A DNA stretch of 64,000 nt from the human T2T-CHM13v2.0 reference genome, Homo sapiens, in assembly GCF_009914755.1 (NCBI RefSeq), contig NC_060947.1, one strand, 5' to 3'. Every line of letters starts with the position of its first letter. Within the stretch, counting starts at the first letter, position 1. Position numbers and translations under genes: made by a program. Below, one piece after another: positions 16,068 through 34,130 of the stretch. Under the pieces are notes generated by a model that was not told the origin of the DNA, did no database searches, and saw nothing but the letters and a program-made list of their open reading frames with translations.

Positions 16068-16484
16068 GGATATGGCTTGGATCTGTGTCCCCACCAAATC
16101 TCATGTTTAATTGTAATCCCTTACGTTGGAAGTGGGGCCTGGTAGGAGGTGATTGGATCATGGGGGTGGTTTCTTCTGAATGGTTTAACACTAGCCTCCT
16201 TGGTATTGTCGTTGCCATAGTGAGTGAGTTCTCACGAGATCTGATGGCTTAGAAGTGTGTGGCACCTTTCCCTGCCCATTTTCCTCCTGCTCTGGCCATG
16301 TGAAGTGCCTCACTCCCCATTTGCCTTCCACCATGACTGGAAGTTTCCTGAGGCCTCCCCAGAACCAGAAGCCACTATGCTTCCTGTACAGCCTGCAGAA
16401 CGGTGAGCCAATTAAACTTCTTTTCTTTATAAATTACCCAGTCTCGGTTATTTATTTATAGCAGTGTGAAAAGGGGCTAATGAA
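16068..16484 (+). mobile_element. MSTB-like MaLR solo LTR
   Basis: gatatggcttggatctgtgtccccaccaaatctcatg ... attaaacttcttttctttataaattacccagtctc. Confidence 0.85.
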
Positions 16485-17260
16485 CCCTCAGTAGGGGACA
16501 CCCAACTTCATATCTCAAGTACCATGACCTTTTTCCTGAGTTCAAATTTAGAACTTCCAATTGCCCTCTGACAGTTCTACTTGCATGTTCCTGCTAGCAC
16601 ATTAAAGGCATCATGGCCCAAAACAAACTCATCTTTCACACTGTCTCACAACCCCCTTGCATTTTCCCACCTCTATCACTTGCTCTTTCTCAAGTTTTTC
16701 CTATCCCTACTAATTGCACCACCATATACCCAGTTACTCAGACTCAAAACCTTGTTTCCATGCTGTTTAGGATAGTGGAAAGAGTGTGTGGACTCTAGTC
16801 AGACAAGGTTCAAATTTTGGTTTAGCAATATGCTAATAATACATGGCCCTGGGCAAATTACACAAACTCTCTGTGCCTTAGTTTTCTCAGCTGTAAACCT
16901 ATTCTCTTAAAGTCCTTGTGGGAATTCAAAATGTAATGTATATGAGGTTCCAGGAACATTGTAAAGACACAATGAATATTGATAGGTTCCTTCCTTTCCT
17001 CAACTTTATTATCAAATATTTCTGTTTTCTCTCTCAAATGCTTACCTTCTTCCTAGTTTGCTGATAAAAATAGAAGCTATGAGAAGGGAACTTCCACATC
17101 ATCCCAAAACCAAATTTGCTTGATGCCCTGCATGTGAGCCCGTATAATCTGTCTTCAATTAACGAACTCTTCCTGAGCTTTCCTAAGGCAACCCTTCCAC
17201 TTGTCCACTCAATTTCATTCTCTTTAGCCTGCTCAATTGTTTCCTTGCCTTTATTACTAA

Positions 17261-18065
<805 letters not shown>

Positions 18066-18359
18066 GGTCCTCTTCTTTATTTACACTTATTCCATGGGTG
18101 CTGTCATCCAGTGCCATGGCTTTAAATAGCATCTATTTGTGGACAGCTCCCAAAATTTTATCTCTAATCTTTATCTGTCCTCTGAACTCAAAGCTTACAT
18201 AATATTCAGCAGCCTACTGACATGTCTGCTCAGATATCTTAGAGACCTCTCAAACTTATTACATCCAAAACAGAATTTTTGATTTCCACCTGAATCCTCA
18301 AGCCTGCTCTTTACACAGTATTATCATCTCAGGAAATTGCAATTTTATCCTTCCAAGTT

Positions 18360-19214
<855 letters not shown>

Positions 19215-19659
19215 TCAAGCCTCTGTTACCTCTTACCTGGATTGCTGCCACAGCCTCCAGCTGGTCTGCATGTTTTGGCCTTGGTCCCCCTAGAACCTAT
19301 AATCTACATAGCATCTTCTATGGGACTAGAATCTAAAATCTAGAATGATATGATTCCTTGATTTAAAACTGTCTACCGGCTCTCCATTTTAGAGTAAAAG
19401 CCAAACATTAACCATAGTGTATAAATCCCTACATAATATCTAAGCCCAGTACAACTCTTATTATATCAATCTTCTATCACTCTTTTTTCTGTCTCCTCAA
19501 GTCATATTGATTTCCTTGCTGTTTCTTAAATATACCAGGCATTCTTCTGCCTCAGGGACTTTATGTTTGTTATTTCCTTTGCCTAGAATGCTCTTCCCCC
19601 AGATATTTATATGTTTACTCCCTCATCTCTGTCAGGTCTCTGATGAAATGTCTCTGTAT

Positions 19660-23576
<3,917 letters not shown>

Positions 23577-24921
23577 GAAATGTCTCTGTATCAGAGAATC
23601 CTTACCTACCTGAACACCATATATAAAATAAAACTATCACTACTTCTTCTCCAACATTCTCTACACTCCTAACTTTTTTCCTTCATAGTTGTCAATACTA
23701 CCTGATATATTATAGGTGTATTTGTCATTTATTACCTCCCTCTCTATTATGTCATCTCTGTGAGGGCAGGGATTTTTGTTCACTGTTGGATTTCCAAAGT
23801 CTAGAATAGTCCTAACACATAGTAGGTACTCAATAAATATTTGTTGAATAAAAACAACAAATATTTTTATCTGTAGCTCATATTTTTCCCACCATTAATA
23901 TTAGTGATTTCTCATAATATTCCCTTTTTAAGGCAAGTTGGTGTCATTTCAGGGTAAACTGATGCACTCACACTGACTTGCCAAAGGTTACAGAAGAGCC
24001 GCAAGTCAGAATGTACCCCCATAGGAATAGAGAAAGCCTGGAAATAAGAGAGAAAATCTGGAAGAAAAAACTGCTAGGCTAATGAAAATATTTTCAGTGA
24101 AAGAGATACTAGTAGCATCTATTATTTGTTTCTTCCCTGTAGAATGTCACCTCCATGAGGGCAGCAGTTTGTCTCTGTTCTGTTCACTACTGTACCCTAC
24201 TGCCTAGACAAGTTCTTGGCAAAGAGTAAATGTTTGATAAATAACTAAATGAATGACTTTGGACTAACAGCTAATGTAGGCCAGAGGGTAAACTAAAGGG
24301 AAGAAGTCTGGAGGCAAGGAAACCAAGTAGGAAGCTGTTGTGATCATCTCAAAAGAAGTTGTGAACTGACAGTCCTGTGGGCTTTTTGATTTTGTACCTA
24401 TAGCTCGGGTCTCAGTAAGATTAACCAACATATGAGATACTAATTACTGCAGTAAATCTCACCTGTCCTATTTCACATCTAAGCCTTCAACTCAATTATT
24501 TCCCACTTATGTTCTACTAAGGTCTTTCCTACTATTGGGAGTTGGTATTTTTCCCACAGTACACCAGGGGAGTAAGTAAGTATACTTTGCACCCACTGTC
24601 TTTATAGCTATAGATACAGCCTCAGAAAGCTACTGCCAGAAATCACCAATGATATAGTTGATTATGACTCCTTAAAAAGTCACAGAACCTTTGTGACCTC
24701 ACTCCTATTCTTGAGGTAGCTTGATAAATCACAGCAGATGGCAGCTGAGACACAACTTTATTCAAGTCACCAAGACCTCCTCTACCTTGCTTCTGGGGAA
24801 AGGCCATAAGAAAGAGACTGTATTTTTAGTTTATTTCAGTCTCAGCTGATCAGACTTCTTGAGCCAAGTGCTAACTAGTTTCCTTTGAAGACCAACTTGC
24901 TAGAGACAGCTTACCTGAATC

Positions 24922-25383
24922 ATGCAGTGTATACAGGATGTCAGTGAAGAGGTCTGGCAGGAATGCCTCACTCTCTTCCTACTGACTGGTACATGTTATG
25001 ATGCAGTAATTATCACCAATTCCCCACCCTGGTTATTAGCATCTTACTCTGAAGGTAACTTGTTCCAGTTGACCCAGGAAGAAATTCAGATTTTACTGGC
25101 AAGAGAGGGGAGAGAGAAATTGTTTCTCCAAGGAGTCACCCTTGCAGGGACCAAATGCTTGTTGATTTGAGACAATCTGTACACTGAAGGCAACAACACC
25201 ATGTACCTGCGCACCAAAGGCCAGAGTCAGGGCAGCCGGGCAGTGACGGTAGTTCAGATCGAGTCTGTAAGGCTTGTGGTGATTGGACAGAAAGGAACAG
25301 AAGGAGGGCCTCTCAACCTCGAAGCTTTTGAGATGGCAGGTTATGTCAGAGAGGCCATTGAGCAACATGTGGCCCATTTATAA
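24922..25383 (+). pseudogene. PFN5P: Intronless profilin-family pseudogene; 153-residue frame with one premature TGA (25168-25170)
   Basis: ORFs 24922-25170 and 25201-25383 share a frame. Read-through gives GVTLAGTKCLLI*DNLYTEGNNTMYLRTK...IGQKGTEGGPLNLEAFEMAGYVR, which aligns to PFN1 [29 protein letters not shown]...[23 protein letters not shown]. Profilin homology is strong; the symbol is from recall of the locus next to MTMR8. Confidence 0.85.
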
Positions 25384-25386
25384 CTA

Positions 25387-25392
25387 AATAAA
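25387..25392 (+). terminator. Candidate polyadenylation signal AATAAA of the profilin locus
   Basis: AATAAA 3 nt after the terminal TAA, followed by GT/T-rich sequence. Confidence 0.5.
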
Positions 25393-25495
25393 AAATAGTT
25401 GGTGTTTGACCTGTAATTTGAATTCAGTGTTATGTGTTTCACCTACTAAATTAATATGTTCTTCAGGAAAATAGAAGATTCCAGACCAGGTTTGG

Positions 25496-25497
<2 letters not shown>

Positions 25498-25537
<40 letters not shown>
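25498..25537. repeat. (GT)n microsatellite
   Basis: About 20 uninterrupted GT units. Confidence 0.97.
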
Positions 25538-25538
<1 letters not shown>

Positions 25539-25629
25539 GGGAAGAGATATGGGTTAGAGTAGTTCCTTCAACGGTTTGGGATCTGGTCCATTATTTAACA
25601 ATTGTGTGCACCTAGAATACCAACCTTTC

Positions 25630-28600
25630 TGTATTAGTCTATTCTTGCACTTCTATAAAGAAATATATGAGACTGGGTAATTTATGAGAAAAAGAGGATT
25701 AATTGGCTCACGGTTCCACAGGCTGTAGAGGAAGCACGATGCTGACACCTGCTTGGCTTTTGGAGAGAACTAAGAAAACTTACAATCATGACAGAAGGCA
25801 AAGGGGTAGCAGACACTTCACATGGTTGAAGCAGGAGCAAAAAAGATTGAGAGGAGAGGTGCAACACACTTTTAAATGACCATATCACACAAGAACTCAC
25901 TGACTATTTTGAGGACAGTATTGAGAGAGATGGTGATCAAACATTCAGGAGAAATCCAACCCCATCATCCAATCACCTCCCACCAGGCCACACATCCAAC
26001 ATTGAGGATTACAATTTGACATTAGATTTGGTAGAGACACAGATTCAAATGATATCATTCCACTCCTGGCCCCCAAATCTTATATCCTTCTCACATTGTG
26101 AAATACAATTATGCCTTCCCAAATGTCCCCCAAAGTCTTAACTCATTCCAGCATTAACTCAAAGTCCAAAGTCTCATCTGAGACAAGGGAAGTCCCTTCC
26201 ACCTATGAGCCTGTAAAATCAAAAACAAGTTATTTACTTACAAGGTCAATGGGGGTATAAGAATTGGGTAAATATTCTTATTCCAAAAGGGAGAAATTGG
26301 CCAAAAGAAAGGGTCTACAGGCCCTACGCAAGTTTGAAACCCAGTAGGGCAGTCATTAAATCTTAAACTTCCAAAGTAATATTCTTTGACTCTAAGTCCC
26401 AAATCCAGGGCATACTGGTGTGAGAAGTGGGCTCCCAAGGCCTTGAGCAGCTCCACCCTTGTGGTTTTGTAGGGTTAAGCCTCCACAGATGCTTTCATGC
26501 GCTGGTGTTGAGTGCCTGTGGCTTTTAAAGGTGCAGAGTGCAAGTTGATAATGTACCAACCATTCTGGGGCTGGAAGATGGTGGCCCTCCTCTCACAGCT
26601 CCACTAGGCAAAGCCACAGTGGGTACTCTGTGTGGGGGCTCCAGTGCCACATATCCCCTCTGCATTGCCCTAGTAGAGGTTCTCTGTGGGGGTTCCAATC
26701 CTGCAGGAATCTTCTGCCTGGACACCTAGGCTTTTTCGTACATCTTCTGAAATCTAGGCAAAGGCTTCCAAGCACTAACTCTTTCACTCTGTGCAGCAGA
26801 AGGCTTAACATCATGTGGAAGCCACCAAGCCTTATGGCTTGCACACCCTCCAAAGCTGCAGCCCTGAGCTGTGCCTGGGCATTTTTGAGCCACAGCTGGA
26901 GCAGGAGTGGCCAGGATGCAGAAAGCAGCATCCTAAGGCTATGTAAGAGCATTGGGGGCTGCGGGCCTGGCATACAAAATCATGCAGTTCTCCTAGGCCT
27001 CTGGGCCTGTGATGAGAGGGACTGCTGCAAAGGTCTCTGAAATGTCTTTGAGGCCTTTTCCCCATTGTATTGGCTATTAGCACTTGGCTCCTTTTTACTT
27101 ATGCAAATTTCTGTAGCCTGCTTCAATTACTTCCATGAGAATTGGCTTTTCTTTTCTTCCACGTGGCCAGGCTGCAAATTTTTCGATCTGCTTTACACTC
27201 TGCTTCACCTTTATATATAAGTTCCAACTTTAGATCATTTCTTCACTCACATATATGATGATAGGATGTTAGAAGTAACCAGGACACATCTTGAACACTT
27301 TGCTGGCTAGAATTTTTTCTACAAGATACCCTAAATTGTCACTGTAAAGTTCAAAGTTCCACAGATCCCTAGGACAGGAAAACAGTACAGCCAAGTTCAT
27401 TTCTTAGGCAAAAAAAGTGACCTTTGCTCCAGTTCCAAATAAGTTCCTTATTTTCATCTGAGACCTCATCAACCTGGACTTTATCATACATATGTCTATC
27501 AGCATTTTGCTCAAAATCATTTGGCCAATCTCTAGGAAGTTCTAAACTTTCCCTCATCTTTCTGTTTTCTTCTGAGCCCTCCAAACTCTTGGTCTCTTAA
27601 CCAATTCTAAAGCTGCTTCCACATTTTCAGGTATTTTTATAGCAATGCCCCACTCCTGGTGCAATTTTCTGTATTAGTCTGTTCTTGCATTGCTATAGAG
27701 AAATACCCGAGACTCAGGATACAAAATCAACGTGCAAAAATCACAAGCATTCCTATACAACAATAGCAGGCAGAGAGAAAAATCATGAGTGAACTCACAT
27801 TCATAATTGCTTCAAAGAGAATAAAATACCTAGGAATCCAATTTACAAGGGATGTGAAGGACCCCTTCAAGGAGAACTACAAACCACTGCTCAACGAAAT
27901 AAAAGAGGACACAAACAAATGGAAGAGCATTCCATGCTCATGGGTAGGAAGAATCAATATAGTGAAAATGGCCTTACTGCCCAAGGTAATTTATAGATTC
28001 AATGCAATCCCCATCAAGATACCAATGACTTTCTCCACAGAATTGGAAAAAACTACTTTAAAGTTCATATGGAAACAAAAAAGAGCCCTCATTGCCAAGA
28101 CAATCCTAAGCCAAAAGAACAAAGCTGGAGGCATCACGCTACCAGACTTCAAACTATAATACAAGGCTATAGTAACCAAAACAGCATGGTACTAGTACCA
28201 AAACAGAGATATAGACCAATGGAACAGAACAGAGACCTCAGAAATAACACCACACATCTACAGCCATCTGATCTTTGACAACCCTGACAACAACAAGCAA
28301 TAGGGAAAGGATTCCCTATTTAATAAATGGTGCTGGGAAAACTGGCTAGCCATATGTACAAATCTGAAATTGGATCCCTTCCTTACACCTTATACAAAAA
28401 TCAATTCAAGATGGATTAAAGACTTAAATGTTAGACCTAAAGCCATAAAAACCCTAGAAGAAAACCTAGGCAATACCATTCAGGACATAGGCATGAGCAA
28501 GGACTTCATGACTAAAACACCGAAAGCAATGGCAACAAAAGCCAACATAGACAAATGGGATCTAATTAAACAGCTTCTGCATGGCAAAAGAAACTACCAT

Positions 28601-29975
28601 CAGAGTGAACAGTAAAACCTACAGAATGGGAGAAAATTTTTGCAATCTACCCATCTGACCAAGAGGTAATATTCAGAATCTACAAAGAACTCAAACAAAT
28701 TTACAAGAAAAAAACAAACAACCCCATCAACAAGTGGGTGAAGGATATGAACAGACACTTCTCAAAAGAAGACATTTATGCAGCCAACTGACACATGAAA
28801 AAAATGCTCATCATCACTGGTCATCAGAGAAATGCAAATCAAAACCGCAATGAGATACCATCTCACACCAGTTAGAATCGTGATCATTAAAAAGTCAGGA
28901 AACAACAGATGCTGGAGAGGATGAGGAAAAATAGGAAAGCTTTTACACTGTTGGTGGGAGTGTAAATTAGTTCAACCATTGTGGAAGACAGTGTGATAAT
29001 TCCTCAAGGATCTAGAACTAGAAATACCATTTGACCCAGCAACTCCATTACTGGGTATATACCCAAAGGATTATAAATCATGCTGCTATAAAGACACATG
29101 CACATGTATGTTTATTGTGGCACTATTCACAATAGCAAAGACTTGGAACCAGCCCAAATGTCCATCAGTGATATATTGGATTAAGAAAATGTGGCACATA
29201 TACACCATGGAATACTATGCAGCCATAAAAAAGGATGAGTTCATGTCCTTTGCAGGGACATGGATGAAGCTGGAAACCATCATTCTCAGCAAACTATCAC
29301 AAAGACAGAAAACGAAACACCGCATGTTCTCACTCATAGGTGGGAATTGAACAATGAGAACACTTGGACACAGGGTGGGGAACATCACACACCGGGGCCT
29401 GTCGGGGGCTGGGGAGCTGGGGGAGGGATAGCATTAGGAGAAATACCCAATGTAAATGATGAGTTGATGGGTGCAGCAAACCAACATGGCACGTGTATAC
29501 CTATGTATCAAACCTGCATGTTGTGCCCATGTACCCTAGAACTTAAAGTATAAAAAAAAAAGAAAAGAAAAAAAAAGAAGTACCTGAGACTGGGTAATTG
29601 ATAAAGGAAAGAAGTTAAATTCATTCATGGCTCCATAGGGTGCACAGGAGGCATGATTCTGGCATCTGCTCAGCTTCTGTGGAAGCAACCGGAAACTTAC
29701 AATCATGGTGAAAGGCCAAGGGGAAACAGGCACTTCACAAGACCAGAGCAAGAACAAGTGAGAATATTGGGAGAGGTGCCACACACTTTTATGTGACCAG
29801 ATCTTATGAAAACTCACTCACTATCATGAGGACAATACCAAGGGGGATGGTGCTAAAACATTAATGAGAAATCCACCCCCATGATCCAATCACATCTCAC
29901 CAGGGCCCACATCCAACACTGGGGATTATCAATTCCACATGAGTTTTTCTGCGGACACAGATCTAAACCATATCA
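25630..29975 (-). mobile_element. MaLR (MSTB-type) LTR-internal-LTR element; one LTR split by an L1
   Basis: LTR 25630-26057, internal 26058-27669, second LTR starts at 27670 (tgtattagtc) and resumes at 29577-29975 (aaccatatca). Confidence 0.9.
27715..29576 (+). mobile_element. 5'-truncated L1 (about 1.9 kb, L1PA5-7-like) inserted into the MaLR LTR
   Basis: ORF2 3' fragments, 3'UTR and poly(A); TSD gaaatacccgagact (27700-27714) / gaagtacctgagact (29577-29591). Confidence 0.93.
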
Positions 29976-30044
29976 CCCCACTTCTCAACACCTGGTGAAC
30001 AGAGCAGTCGACTGGGAACCCAAAATCCTTAGTTCTTTTGTTTT

Positions 30045-30180
30045 TTTAAAAAAGTTTTAACTTATTTTAGGTTCAGGGGTACATGTGCAGGTTTGTTATA
30101 TAGATAAATTCGAGGTCATGGGGATTTGTTGTACAGATTATTTTGTCATCTGAGTACTAAGCCTAGTACCCAATATTTAC
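30045..30180 (-). mobile_element. 3' tip of an older L1 (continues at 38510-39810)
   Basis: L1 3'-end sequence stops at agtacccaata and resumes as aatagttattttttctgatac after the nested element. Confidence 0.75.
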
Positions 30181-33100
30181 TATTTTTAACTCTTATTTTA
30201 GGTTTGGGGGTACATGTCAAGGTTTGTTACATAGGTGAACTCGTGTCATAAGGGTTTGTTGTACAGATTCTTTCATCACACATGTATTAAGCCCAGTACA
30301 CAATAGTTACATTTTCTGCTCCTCTCCCTCCTCCCACCCTCTACCCTCAAGTAGAATCCAGGGTCCGTTGTTCCCTTCTTTGTGTTCATGAGTTCTCATC
30401 ATTTAGCTCCCACTTATAAGTGAGAACATGCAGTATTTGGTTTTCTGTTCCTGCATTAGTTTGCTAAGACTAATAGCCTTCAGCTCCATCCATGTTCCTG
30501 CAATGACATACTCTTCTTTCCTATGAATGCACGGTATTCCACGGTATATATGTACCACATTTTCTTTAACCAGTCTGTCATTAACAGGCATTTAGGTTGA
30601 TTCCATGTCTTTGTTATTGTAAATAGTGTTGCAATAAAGATTCTCATACATGTGTCTGTATGGTAGGATGATTTAAATTCCTCTGGGTATATAACCAATA
30701 ATGGGATTGCTGAGTCAAATGGTACTTCCACTTTTAGCTCTTTGAGGAATCACCATACTGCTTTCCACAATGGTTGAACTAATTTACACTCCCATCAGCA
30801 GCGTATAAGTGTTCCCTTTTCTCCACAAACTCACCAGCATCTGTTATATTTTTTGGCTTTTTAGTAATAGCCATTCTGACTGGTGTGAGATGGTATCTCA
30901 TTGTGGTTTTGACTTGCAAATCATTCTGTAACGATCAGTGATGTTGAGCTTTTTTATATATATGGTTGTTGGCCACATGTGTGTCTTTTGAAAAGTGTCT
31001 GTCCTTGTTGTTTGCCCACTTTTTAATGTGGTTGCTTGTTTTTCTCTTGTAAATTTATTTAAGTTCCTTACAGAAACTGGATATTAGACCTTTGTTGAAT
31101 GCATAATTTGTAAATATTTGCTTTCATTCTGTAGGTTGTCTGTTTACTCTTTGATAGTTTCTCTTGCTGTGCAGATGCTGTTAATTACATCCCATTTGTC
31201 ATTTTTTTGCTTTTTTATGTGATTGCTTTGGATGTCTTCGTCATGAAATCATTGTCCATTCCTATGTCCAGGATGCATAGGTTGTCTTCCAGGGATTTCA
31301 AAGTTTGAGGTTTTTCATTTAAATCTTTAATCCATCTTGTGTTGATTTTTGTATATGTTGAAGGAAGGGGTTCAGTTTCTACCTTCTGCATTTGGCTAGA
31401 TATGTAACCCAGCACCATTTATTGAGTCGTGAGTCTTTTCCTCATAGCTTCTTTTTTTCAGCTTCGATCAGATGGTAATAGGTGTGCAGCTTTATTTCTG
31501 GGTTCGCTTTTACCTCCCTGGTTAGCTGTATTTCTAAATATTTTATTCTTTTTGTGGCTACTGTGAATGGAATTTCCTTCCTGATTTGGCTCTTGGCTGG
31601 ACTATTGTGGATGTGTAGGAATGCTAATGATTTTTGTACATTGATTTTGCATCCGGAAACTTTGCTGAAGTTGTTCATCAGCTGAAGGAGCTTTTGGGAC
31701 AAGACTATGGGGTTTTCTAGACATGGAATCATGTCATCTGCAAGCAGGGATGGTTTGACTTCTCTTCTTATTTGGATGCCTTTTATTTCTTTCTCTTGCC
31801 TGATTGCTCTGGCTAGAACTTCCAATACAAAGTTGAATAGGAATGGTGAAAGAGGGCATCTTTATATTGTGCTGATTTTCCAGGGGCAATGCTTCCAGTT
31901 TTTGCCCATTCAGTGTGATATTGGCTGTCGGTGTGTCCTTGATGACTTTTATTATTTTGAGATACGTTACTTCAATACCTGGTGTATTGACATTTTTTAA
32001 CCTGAAAGGGTGTTGAATTTTATTGACAGGCTTTTCTGCACCTGTTGAGATAATCATGGGGTTTTGCCTCTAGCTCTGTTTATGTGATGAATCACATTTA
32101 TTGACCTGCATATGTTGATCCAACCTTGCATCTCAGGGATAAAGTCTACTTGATTATGGTGGATTAGCTTTGTGATGTGCCACTGGATTCGATTTGCAAG
32201 TATTTTGTTCAGGATTTTTGCACTGATGTTCATCAGGGATATTGGCCTTAAGTTTATTTTTTATTTATTTTTTATTTTTTTGTTTTTTTTATTGTGTCTC
32301 TGCCAGTTTTTGGTATCAGGATGATGCTGGCCTCATAGAATGAGTTGGAGAGGAGTGTAACCTCAATTTTTTGGCATAGTTTCAGTGCGAATGGTGTCAT
32401 CTCTTCTTTGTACATCTGGTAGAATATGACTGTGAATTCATCAGGTCCTGGGCTTTTTTTTGGTTGGTAGGCTATTTATTACTGATAAATTACTGATTCA
32501 ATTGTGGGGCTCATTTTCAGTCTCTTCAGGAAACCCATCTCTTCCTGGTTCCGTCTTGGAAGGGCGTGTGTGTGTGTGTCCAGGAATGTATCCATCTCGT
32601 CTAGGTTTTCTAGTTTGTGTGCATAGAAGAGCTCATCATAGATTCTGATGGTTACTTTTATTTCTATGGGGTCAGTGATAGCATTCCCCTTGTCATTTCT
32701 AATTGTGTTTATTTGGCTCTTCTCTCTTTTATTCCTTATTAGTCTAGCTAGTGGCCTATATATTTTGTTACTTTTTTAAAAACTGAATTTATTGATCTTT
32801 GGAATTTTTTGTGTGTGTTTCAATTTCCTTCAGTTAATTTCTGATTTAGGTTATTTCTTGTCTTCTGTTAGCTTTGGGGTTGATTCATTCTTGCTTCTCT
32901 AGTTCTTTTAGTTGTGATGTTAGGTTGTTAATTTGAGATCTTTCTAACTTTTTGTTGTGGACATTTAGTGCTTTGAATGTTCCTTTTAATACTACCTTAG
33001 CTGTGTCCCAGAGATTCTAGTATGTTGTATCTTTGTTTTCATTAGTTTCAAAAAACTTCTTGATTTCTTCCTCATTCATTATTTACCCAAGAGCCATTCT

Positions 33101-33359
33101 GGAACTTGTTTAATTTGTATATAATTGCATGGTTTTTAGCAATATCTTAGTCTTGACTTCTATTTTGATTGTTCTGTGGTCTGAGAGAGTGTTTGGTATG
33201 GTTTAGGTTCTTTTGCATTTGCTGAGGATTGCTTTATGTCTAATTAGGTGGTCAATTTTAGATTATGTGCCATGTGGCAATGAGAAGAGTGTGTATTTTG
33301 CTGTTTTTAATTGGAGAGTTCTGTAGAGGTCTATCAGATTCATTTGGTCTAACGTTGAT

Positions 33360-34130
33360 GCCCAAGGCCTTGGAAGCGCACCCCTTGCATCAGCGTGGCC
33401 AGGATGTGAGACATGGAGTCAAAGGACTTTATTTTGGAACTTTGAGATGTAATGATTGCCCTGCTGAGTTTCAAATTTGCATGGGGTCTGTAGTCCCTTT
33501 GTTTTGGCCAATTCCTCTCTTTTGAAATAGGAACATTTACCCAATGCCTGTACCTTCATTGTATCATGGAAGTAACTAACTTGTTTTTTTATTTTACAGG
33601 CCCATAAGCACAAGGGACTTGCCTTGTCTCAGATGGGACTTTGGACTTGGACTTTTGAGTTAATGCTGGAATGAGTTAAGACCTTGGGGGACTGTTGGGA
33701 AGGCATGATTGTGTTTTGAAATATGAGAAGGACATGAGATTTGGGAGGGGCCAGGGGCAGAATGATATGATTTGGCTCTGTGTTCCCACACAAATTTCAT
33801 GTTGGATTGTATTTCCCAGTTTTGCAGGAGGGGCCTAGTGGAACGTGATTGAATCATGGAGAGTGGACTTCCCCCTTGCTGTTCTCATGATAGAGTTCTC
33901 ACAAGATCTGGTAATTTGAAAGTGTGCAGCATGTCCCCGTTTGCTTTCTCTCTTCCTCCTGCTCTGACCATGTGAAGATGTGCCTTGCTTCCCCTTCATC
34001 TTTGCCATGATTATAAGTTTCCTGAGGCCTCCCCAGCCAGTTGGAACTCTGAGTCAATTAAAGCCTTTTTCTTTATAAATTACCCAGTCTCCGGTGTGTC
34101 TTTATAGCAGTGCAAGAATGGACTAATACG
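33360..34130 (+). mobile_element. Partial MaLR (MSTA/THE1D-like): internal 3' part plus one LTR (33763-34130), inside the L1
   Basis: Polypurine tract gggaggggccaggggcagaa, then tgatatga...ggactaatac; L1 sequence resumes on both sides. Confidence 0.85.

Noticed and set aside
24922-25395. Recent processed pseudogene of PFN1 or PFN2
   Set aside because: The protein is too diverged for a frame with only one lesion, the A-run after the stop is short, and no TSD is evident.
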